The notes below the pieces were generated by a model. That model saw only the letters and a program-made list of their open reading frames with translations. It had not been told where the DNA came from and ran no database searches. The position numbers and the translations under genes were made by a program. From a virus (lineage: Duplodnaviria; Caudoviricetes): DNA of 41,081 bases. This document shows, in pieces, positions 1 through 6,030 of the stretch. The stretch is taken from IMG/VR virus record IMGVR_UViG_3300025875_000784, positions 1-41,081 of that record; one strand, 5' to 3'. Each line of letters opens with the position of its first letter. Within the stretch, counting starts at the first letter, position 1.

Positions 1-471
1 ATGGCTTACGCCAAAGATACCAGTGTTGCGGTCGGTAAGACCGAGGCGGAAATTAAGGCCACCATCCGGCGATATGGCGCAACAGCCTTCGCCTCCTTTG
101 AGGACGACAAGAGCGCTGTGATCGCGTTCCAGATGCAAGGGCGCCGGATCACCTTCCGGCTTCCCTTGCCCGATCCTCAGTCTGAGGAGTTTACGCGCAC
201 ACCGGGCAAGAAGCTGGTTCGCTCCGTTGATCAGCAGATGGCAGCATGGGAGCAAGCGTGCCGCTCCCGCTGGCGAGCGCTGTTCCTGTGCATCAAAGCT
301 AAGCTGGAGAGCGTCGAGGCCGGCATTGAGACGTTCGAGGACGCGTTCCTTGCCCATATCCAGATGCCAGACGGCTTGACGGTTGGCGAGCACGCCCGGC
401 CGATGATCGCGCGAGCTTACGAGACCGGGACCATGCAGCCGCTCCTGCCACCACCTAGTCGACCGCATTGA
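1..471 (+). CDS. Conserved phage hypothetical protein
   Basis: 156 aa ORF; RWRALFLCIKAKLESVEAGIETFEDAFLAHI motif recurs in phage proteins of unknown function. Confidence 0.8.
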   Translation: MAYAKDTSVAVGKTEAEIKATIRRYGATAFASFEDDKSAVIAFQMQGRRITFRLPLPDPQSEEFTRTPGKKLVRSVDQQMAAWEQACRSRWRALFLCIKAKLESVEAGIETFEDAFLAHIQMPDGLTVGEHARPMIARAYETGTMQPLLPPPSRPH

Positions 472-528
472 GCACGGTTTGTTCCCCTTCCCCCTTCTCC
501 CCGACTCACAGGGGTGGTATTGTGGGGC

Positions 529-801
529 ATGATGTTCGAGGTTGTCAGCACAGCCTTTTGGTGGACCGGCGCGGCGGTTTGGGCGTCGGCTACCTTCTGC
601 CTTCTCGCGATTGCATATTCCCTCGCGATTAGGGTGCCAGTCGCACTTCGCTATTGCCGCAAGTTCGAACAGGACGTAGCCGCCATTCGGAACAGGAAGC
701 CGCTGACGCTGCGGGACCGGATCGGGCTGTTTTGGTTCTGCTACACCACGGCGCCCGGGACAATGGAAGACATGCTGAGGCGCGGGCCGATACCGGCTTG
801 A
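529..801 (+). CDS. Small membrane protein (probable moron)
   Basis: Hydrophobic N-terminus; ATG at 529 lies 5 nt after TGGTATTGT (extended -10-like). Confidence 0.6.
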   Translation: MMFEVVSTAFWWTGAAVWASATFCLLAIAYSLAIRVPVALRYCRKFEQDVAAIRNRKPLTLRDRIGLFWFCYTTAPGTMEDMLRRGPIPA

Positions 802-841
802 GCCCATCCCTACCCGCTATCGCTGATGCGGTAGCAACGAG

Positions 842-947
842 ATCGAGGCGGCGACACGGTGAAATTCTTCCAGCCGTAGCACGAAACCGGCATTCTGGTT
901 TCGGAGCGCAATGTGGGTTCCCGGAAGGCCCGCCCGCCTCGATACCA
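842..947 (+). ncRNA. Candidate tRNA-like cloverleaf RNA (not a canonical tRNA)
   Basis: 10-bp closing stem 842-851/934-943 followed by ACCA; three internal hairpins; loop-loop complementarity; G-U pairs favour + strand. Confidence 0.55.
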
Positions 948-952
948 ACACA

Positions 953-970
953 AGCGACCTTCGGGGCGCT
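953..970 (+). other. cUUCGg hairpin 3' of the cloverleaf RNA
   Basis: agcgacc-ttcg-gggcgct (one mismatch); no U tract. Confidence 0.5.
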
Positions 971-980
971 GACCTCTATC

Positions 981-1196
981 TTAAGGTTCTTGATGCTGTT
1001 CGGGAGCCACCGACGCGATCTTATCCACGATGCGCCCCCAAGCTTCAGAGGGGTCCTGCTCGACACGACGAGGAGCGTGGAGCCCCAGGTAAGGCAGGGC
1101 TGCTAGCGCGTCGGCAGGGTTGGGGTCTGCGACCATATGCAGCCAAGCGGCCTCAAATGCTGTTAGGCTGATGCGTCCACCTTTTTTGCGTGTCAT
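981..1196 (-). CDS. Hypothetical protein
   Basis: 71 aa; ATGA overlap with upstream ORF in a compact 3-gene operon. Confidence 0.6.
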   Translation of the reverse strand: MTRKKGGRISLTAFEAAWLHMVADPNPADALAALPYLGLHAPRRVEQDPSEAWGRIVDKIASVAPEQHQEP

Positions 1197-1441
1197 CCGG
1201 CAGACCCAAAGTTGCGCCTCTCAGGAGGAAGCGAGTGCCACCGTACCACCGTGGCGTCGATTTCAGCGCCGTCGCCATCTGGACGAATACACATCCAGTA
1301 CCCTTGCCCAAGCCAGACGGTTTCGATCAGTCCATTCTTTGCGAACTCATCCCAAGCCCATCGCGCGGCTCGGCAATTCGCCGGGGGCCGCCTCTTGTAG
1401 CGGACCCAACTCGTTCGCTCGTGAGCATATCCACCCATCAT
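1193..1441 (-). CDS. Hypothetical protein
   Basis: Start MMGGYAHE at 1441 overlaps the stop of the upstream gene (ATGA). Confidence 0.6.
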   Translation of the reverse strand: MMGGYAHERTSWVRYKRRPPANCRAARWAWDEFAKNGLIETVWLGQGYWMCIRPDGDGAEIDATVVRWHSLPPERRNFGSAG

Positions 1442-1656
1442 AGCACCGCCTTTAGAGCGGCCCGCTGTTCTGGCGTCAGGACGATGTTGCCCAAGGTGCT
1501 GTGCCACCTTTTCCCGCCATACTTCAGCGTGGCTTCCTCAAGTAGAATGCTGATTTTGCCGTCACGCAGTTCAGTGACCTCAACGTAAGCCTGCTTCTGC
1601 TTGTTCGAGGTTTCCGAGAACTCGTGAAACTTACGTTCAGTGTCCAAGTGAGCCAT
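1438..1656 (-). CDS. Hypothetical protein
   Basis: GGAGG RBS before ATG at 1656; first gene after a TTGACG promoter. Confidence 0.7.
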   Translation of the reverse strand: MAHLDTERKFHEFSETSNKQKQAYVEVTELRDGKISILLEEATLKYGGKRWHSTLGNIVLTPEQRAALKAVL

Positions 1657-1689
1657 CGCTATTGCCTCCATAAGCGTCTACGCTTGATT

Positions 1690-1762
1690 ATCATTGCAAC
1701 GTTGATTATTATCTACGTAACGGTGACTTTGCCGTCAAGGGGAAAATCAACGTGGCGTTGAT
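1690..1762. promoter_or_regulatory. Three 17-bp operator-like palindromes overlapping a minus-strand promoter
   Basis: ATCATTG-caa-CGTTGAT (1690-1706), ATCTACG-taa-CGGTGAC (1711-1727), perfect ATCAACG-tgg-CGTTGAT (1746-1762); minus-strand TTGACG-N17-TAGATA. Confidence 0.7.
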
Positions 1763-1802
1763 CAGTTGCGGCATGGAGGCCGGTGCGCTATCGAAAGCGC
1801 CA

Positions 1803-2033
1803 ATGGACGATGAACCATGGCAGCGACGGGCCAAAATGGCTGGTCTCAATCAGAAGACGCTCGCCCACCTTCTGGGGGTGGCGGAGAACACCGTATCCTT
1901 GCAGTTAAGGGGCAGGTGGCAGAGTGGCACCCCCCAATACGTCAAGACGGTTATCCGGGCGTGGGAACGGCTTTCCCCGGACGCGCGACAGGAGCTACTG
2001 CAGGCTGTAGAAGGTGACGACCCCCCGCGCTGA
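1803..2033 (+). CDS. XRE/Cro-like HTH transcriptional regulator
   Basis: AGLNQKTLAHLLGVAENTVSLQL HTH signature; divergent from the 981-1656 operon. Confidence 0.8.
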   Translation: MDDEPWQRRAKMAGLNQKTLAHLLGVAENTVSLQLRGRWQSGTPQYVKTVIRAWERLSPDARQELLQAVEGDDPPR

Positions 2034-2051
2034 TAGATCGAGAGGCGGCGT

Positions 2052-2210
2052 GTGAAGTACCAGTGGCGATTTAGGCATGATCTCCCAGCTTACTGCTGTC
2101 CCTTTTGTGGGGAACAGGTCGGCTACGTTGGCAGAGCGCTTGCTGTGCTATTCGGAACGCAATTCCACGGGTGCGACTTCTCGAACGTAAAATGGCCTCG
2201 TGAGCCGTAG
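2052..2210 (+). CDS. Small Cys-containing protein (52 aa, not in ORF track)
   Basis: GAGAGG RBS, GTG start; VKYQWRFRHDLPAYCCPFCGEQVGYVGRALAVLFGTQFHGCDFSNVKWPREP. Confidence 0.5.
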   Translation: MKYQWRFRHDLPAYCCPFCGEQVGYVGRALAVLFGTQFHGCDFSNVKWPREP

Positions 2211-2227
2211 TGGGATCGATACCCTTC

Positions 2228-2250
2228 CCGCTTCGGCGGTTTTGCGTTTC
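2228..2250 (+). terminator. Probable intrinsic terminator
   Basis: ccgc-ttcg-gcgg followed by ttttgcgtttc. Confidence 0.55.
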
Positions 2251-2395
2251 AGCCGTTAGAAGCTACGGAGCTTGTGTCTCACGGATCGGCGCAGATTATA
2301 GACAAAGGCCCGTTTCCTTCAATCTGGCGCGGTAGTTTATAGTTCGCCGCTTCGGCGGGTGAATGGAGAACACGATGATCGACCCACCCTACTGA

Positions 2396-2605
2396 CTAGC
2401 TTCCACTACGGTTCACTACCTCGGCGTCCGGCCTAAACCTCTCCCAAGCCCTATCCCCCTCCCCTGATATAGGTGGAACAAGAATATCGCAGGGGATCTG
2501 GAACGGCTCGGGACGGCAGCAGCGGAAAGTGACGTGCAACTGGCCTTGGACGTTCCAAGGCCGCCAGCCGGTCACCGGCGCCCGGCATACAGGGCAGATG
2601 ATCAA
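2396..2605 (-). CDS. Small Cys-rich hypothetical protein
   Basis: CPVC...CC; start overlaps the upstream stop. Confidence 0.5.
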   Translation of the reverse strand: MIICPVCRAPVTGWRPWNVQGQLHVTFRCCRPEPFQIPCDILVPPISGEGDRAWERFRPDAEVVNRSGS

Positions 2606-2952
2606 TTGTGCCGAGCAGACATGACGGTGTGGACGACGCGGATTTCCTCACGCACGTCCCGAACCTCGACAAGCAGCTTTTCGAGCAACGCAACCGAAGT
2701 CACGTCCCGCGCGGCACCCTCATTGAGCAGTTTCGTGATGTTCGCCAGATGAACGCCGAGACCCTCAACGGCGTCGGCCATAGCCATGTCCGGGTCAATT
2801 ACGGCACCTGTCGATTGACGGGGCTGGGCATTGAGAACCGGCTTGCGCCATTCCTTGACCACGCTGAGAACCCCAGCGACCAAGGCAGTGACGACGCCGA
2901 TCATTGCGAGCTTGACCGCTTCGCTTTGCTCACTGAACCACTGGTACCACAT
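2602..2952 (-). CDS. Single-TM lysis-region protein (holin/antiholin-like)
   Basis: N-terminal TM segment (LAMIGVVTALVAGVLSVV) plus coiled coil; in lysis cassette. Confidence 0.6.
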   Translation of the reverse strand: MWYQWFSEQSEAVKLAMIGVVTALVAGVLSVVKEWRKPVLNAQPRQSTGAVIDPDMAMADAVEGLGVHLANITKLLNEGAARDVTSVALLEKLLVEVRDVREEIRVVHTVMSARHN

Positions 2953-3388
2953 TCGTGACCTTTCTCCACGCGTTGAAGGCATCCGCCGATGAGCGGAACG
3001 CGTTGCGAATATCCATCACGAAGAACGCGCTATAGAGGGCTACGCCCCAGGAAACGGAGGTCGCCGTGGAAGCCTCGACAGACCGACCCACGCAAGCCCC
3101 GTAGAGCATGCAGCCGGCTATGGCGCCGGCCACTCTCATCAGTCCAGCCCCGATCGGGAACTCCCCGTTGAAAGCCATGCTGACGATGCGCCACAAGCCC
3201 ACGGACAGGAACAACACAGTCCAATGCCGCGGGCCCATGATCTTCACGAAAGCCGCCATTTCCGGCCGTTCAAAGCTTTCTGGCGACAGGAGGCAGATAA
3301 CCCCGATGCACAGGATGACTAGCGCGCATATCCATTCGGGGAACTTGTTGGGTAGGCTGCGACGGAAGCGGCGGTAAAAGGTGGGCAT
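2930..3388 (-). CDS. Multi-TM lysis-region membrane protein
   Basis: About 4 hydrophobic segments; position downstream of the endolysin. Confidence 0.65.
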   Translation of the reverse strand: MPTFYRRFRRSLPNKFPEWICALVILCIGVICLLSPESFERPEMAAFVKIMGPRHWTVLFLSVGLWRIVSMAFNGEFPIGAGLMRVAGAIAGCMLYGACVGRSVEASTATSVSWGVALYSAFFVMDIRNAFRSSADAFNAWRKVTNVVPVVQ

Positions 3389-3394
3389 GGCGGC

Positions 3395-3754
3395 CTACCT
3401 TCCGATGCCGAGCGCGTCGAGCAACGTCTTGCGGCGCTTGGGCGTGATTTGCTGGGCTGCAGTCTTCACCTGAGGCTTCGCGGCCTCGGCCGGCACCACC
3501 TTCTGGCCATCAGCGACGATCTGCGTCTGCGTAGTAGCGCGGAAGGATTGGAATTGCCCCCACACGAACGCAGCAAGGCCGGCATAGGCCGTGAGCGTTA
3601 GAGCCCCGCCCTTACCCTGCAGGATGTCCCAGACGGCCGCCTGTAGGTCAGGAGGCATGGCGGCATAGATGGACAGCACGGCGGTAAGCCAGCCTCCCAC
3701 ATCGGGGATGCGGCGCAACAGCCAGCCGAGCGCAACGTTGGTTCCGAAGGTCAT
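3395..3754 (-). CDS. Holin-like membrane protein
   Basis: Two hydrophobic segments, basic C-terminal tail, GGAGG RBS. Confidence 0.6.
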   Translation of the reverse strand: MTFGTNVALGWLLRRIPDVGGWLTAVLSIYAAMPPDLQAAVWDILQGKGGALTLTAYAGLAAFVWGQFQSFRATTQTQIVADGQKVVPAEAAKPQVKTAAQQITPKRRKTLLDALGIGR

Positions 3755-3776
3755 GAGCGCCTCCTAGCGCGTGAAT

Positions 3777-3802
3777 GAGAAAGGGCCCGCCGAAGCGAGC
3801 CC
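3777..3802 (-). terminator. Intrinsic terminator after the Tad1-like gene
   Basis: gggctcgc-ttcg-gcgggccc-tttctc on minus strand. Confidence 0.65.
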
Positions 3803-3809
3803 CTTGAGG

Positions 3810-4172
3810 TCAGACGGTGTGAGTGCCTTCGACGCCGCGCTGCATGCGGGCGAGCGTGCGAGAGTGAAGCCAATGCTGTGCTTCCTCAATCTTGGTCAGC
3901 GCCAGCGCGTTCTCTCGGCAGGCATACTGCCCGGCTTGGAACGACCGGAGGCGGTCGGCCACGATGGCGAGAAGCACTTCCTGCGTCAGTCCGTTTATGC
4001 CGTTCTCGTTGATCGGCCCATTCTGGAAGCGAATGTCAACTTTCACTCCGCTGTCTGGGTCGCCCAACACGCGGTAATGATGGTTGGCCCCTCCTGCCCC
4101 TGGTTCATCGAGAACAGCTATAGCGAGGCGGTCGTTAGCCGGATTGACTTGGTGTTCTGTGATCGTGCGCAT
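3810..4172 (-). CDS. tad1: Tad1-family anti-defence sponge protein (Thoeris/CBASS signal sequestration)
   Basis: GAGGANHHY, FQNG, LLAIVADRLRSFQAGQYACRENALALTKIEEA and R..RGVEGT match my recollection of Tad1 motifs ([39 protein letters not shown]); AAGGAG RBS. Confidence 0.85.
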   Translation of the reverse strand: MRTITEHQVNPANDRLAIAVLDEPGAGGANHHYRVLGDPDSGVKVDIRFQNGPINENGINGLTQEVLLAIVADRLRSFQAGQYACRENALALTKIEEAQHWLHSRTLARMQRGVEGTHTV

Positions 4173-4232
4173 CGGCACTCTCCTTGGGTGGATTGAATGC
4201 CCGGAGCCGCCGGGCGCGGATTTCGGGTGCGC

Positions 4233-4943
4233 CTAGCGCGTGAAGATGAAAGCGATGGCAATCAGGATCAGCACCACGAGCCCGAGCGCGGCCATGAAGC
4301 CGAAGTTGCCGCTGCGAAGGCCGGGGGTGACGACATCGGTAGCGGGTTCGGTGTCGGGCGGCGAAGCAGAAATTCCCGGTTCGATCGGGGGCGCGGGCAC
4401 CGCGTGTGCATCCTCAAGCACCAACATGGCCGAAAGCACGCTCTCGACTTTCTCGGGCTTCACCAGCGATTTGTTCACCCCGTCGCCAGCGTAATAGCTC
4501 TGGCCACGCGTGACCCGCCTGTGCGCGCCTTCCGTGTCAGCAAGAACGGGGAACGATGCCCATTCCTGTGCCAGTTTCTTGCCGAAATCGACAACTGACA
4601 GCCGGCCGGCTGCATAGTCCTGATACCCGCGGCGCTTGAGCAGATGGAACGCGAGACGATCCTGAAGATCACCGTCGAACAACTGGGAACCCCGCAATCC
4701 GAGCTCGCGCTTAAGCTCGCCCAGCGTCTTGTTCATGAACTGATAGCGACCGGTTGCCGAGGAACCGAAGCGCTTGCTCCACCCCGGCTGTGCGGCAAGC
4801 ACCTCGTCCACGGTCATGCGAGTGACCGGCTTCGGCAGCTTGGCTTGGTTGTTGCCGTAAACGGTATCGTAGCCTCGGGGCGCTTCCGTCTCGCCAATGA
4901 AGTCGAGCAAAAGCCCCGCGCCAAGTGGCACGGTCTTATCCAT
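4233..4943 (-). CDS. Endolysin (lambda R-like lysozyme/transglycosylase fold) with C-terminal TM helix
   Basis: E-x4-YD, SSATGRYQF, QDRLA, LAQEWASFP motifs; hydrophobic C-terminus; true start MDKTVP at 4943. Confidence 0.85.
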   Translation of the reverse strand: MDKTVPLGAGLLLDFIGETEAPRGYDTVYGNNQAKLPKPVTRMTVDEVLAAQPGWSKRFGSSATGRYQFMNKTLGELKRELGLRGSQLFDGDLQDRLAFHLLKRRGYQDYAAGRLSVVDFGKKLAQEWASFPVLADTEGAHRRVTRGQSYYAGDGVNKSLVKPEKVESVLSAMLVLEDAHAVPAPPIEPGISASPPDTEPATDVVTPGLRSGNFGFMAALGLVVLILIAIAFIFTR

Positions 4944-4960
4944 GATGATCTCCGGGTAAA

Positions 4961-4981
4961 GAAAAACCCGCACAAGGCGGG
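4961..4981 (-). terminator. Intrinsic terminator
   Basis: cccgc-cttgt-gcggg-tttttc on minus strand. Confidence 0.65.
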
Positions 4982-5070
4982 CTGGGTGGACGCGGCGATG
5001 TGGGGGCGCGCTGTTGCGGGTTACTGCAAACTGATGCAGCATAAGCAGGCACAGTTAGCGGGGCACAAAT

Positions 5071-5247
5071 ATGCTGCTGTTAAAACGGTTGCTGCTACGG
5101 CTACTTGGACAGTATCGCTGGCAAGCCTCTACCGAAGGGGCAGAGTACGTTTGGAAGCGCTACAATCCGATACAGGATGCTTGGGAAACGCGCCCCATGA
5201 GTGCAGAGGAAGTCAGAGAAGCTCAGTGGGTTCAGGCTATTAAATAG
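5071..5247 (+). CDS. Small counter-oriented protein (58 aa, not in ORF track)
   Basis: MLLLKRLLLRLLGQYRWQASTEGAEYVWKRYNPIQDAWETRPMSAEEVREAQWVQAIK; fills a lower-GC gap. Confidence 0.5.
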   Translation: MLLLKRLLLRLLGQYRWQASTEGAEYVWKRYNPIQDAWETRPMSAEEVREAQWVQAIK

Positions 5248-5266
5248 CTTCTGAACGTCGCTGCAA

Positions 5267-6016
5267 CTACGCGATGCCGTAGCGAGCCTTCATGCGGGCG
5301 ATCACTCGGCTGTAGTCGAGGGCCTGATTGCTGTTGCCGAGCAGGTCCACGTTGAACTGCATCAGGTCGAACAGGTTCATCTTGGTGAAGTTCTGTCCAT
5401 AATACGCACCAACTAGCAATTCCGTGAACGCCACTGTAGCTCCGGGCGTCGTCGGCACAAATGAAGTTGGCGCCCCCCCGTTCTTCGAAAAACGCAGGGT
5501 TGTGCCATCCCAGCTCACTGCTGCAATAACGCTGACCCCAGCGCCAAACACCGCTGGCAGACTACCAGCTTGCCCAACGCGGACCTGAGCCTGAAGCGCG
5601 CCATTTCCCAGCATATACACCAACAACCCGTCTCCACTCGGGTGGAAACCGCCGGACAGCAGTCCGTCGCCAAAACCTCCGCCCGGCTGCAGAACGTAGA
5701 TCATGGTGAAATTGTTGAGGAGCTGCAGGCTTGCCGGGCCGCGCAGCCTTTTGGTGCCGTCGAACATTACCGCTTTTCGGCCGGCGACAATTCCGGTGGC
5801 AGGATTGAACGCTGCGGACTCGGGGGTCAGTTTGAGTGGCCCCTTGCGGTCCTTCCAGTCCACTAGACCGCCGCTAGTCTTCACGTCGTCCGCGCGGAAC
5901 CACGTCACGAGGCTGGGGATCTTGGATAGGTAATTGCCGTCGGGATCGATGACGGCGGTACGCAAACGATTGGGGGAAGCCGAGAAATCGGCGCCCGGAA
6001 TGGTCAAATAGGCCAT
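5267..6016 (-). CDS. Concanavalin A/LamG-like beta-sandwich tail-associated protein
   Basis: LVTWFRADD, WKDRKG, AVMFDG, AVSWDGTTLRFSKNG pattern; follows the tailspike. Confidence 0.65.
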   Translation of the reverse strand: MAYLTIPGADFSASPNRLRTAVIDPDGNYLSKIPSLVTWFRADDVKTSGGLVDWKDRKGPLKLTPESAAFNPATGIVAGRKAVMFDGTKRLRGPASLQLLNNFTMIYVLQPGGGFGDGLLSGGFHPSGDGLLVYMLGNGALQAQVRVGQAGSLPAVFGAGVSVIAAVSWDGTTLRFSKNGGAPTSFVPTTPGATVAFTELLVGAYYGQNFTKMNLFDLMQFNVDLLGNSNQALDYSRVIARMKARYGIA

Positions 6017-6030
6017 GTGGTTCGGCTCCT

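Noticed and set aside
470-500. Alphaproteobacterial LexA box (GTTC-N7-GTTC)
   Set aside because: Only one half-site matches; none found by eye at other candidate promoters
842-947. Calling the cloverleaf a true tRNA (CAT in the middle loop)
   Set aside because: 10-bp acceptor stem, 9-bp middle stem with a 4-nt loop, 11-nt T-like loop and no D-loop GG do not fit tRNA geometry
2207-2230. T-arm-like gggatcgataccc as a tRNA remnant or att core
   Set aside because: Stem too short and no other tRNA arms
2375-2395. DPPY as an adenine methyltransferase motif
   Set aside because: Only six codons, no surrounding methyltransferase sequence seen; likely coincidence
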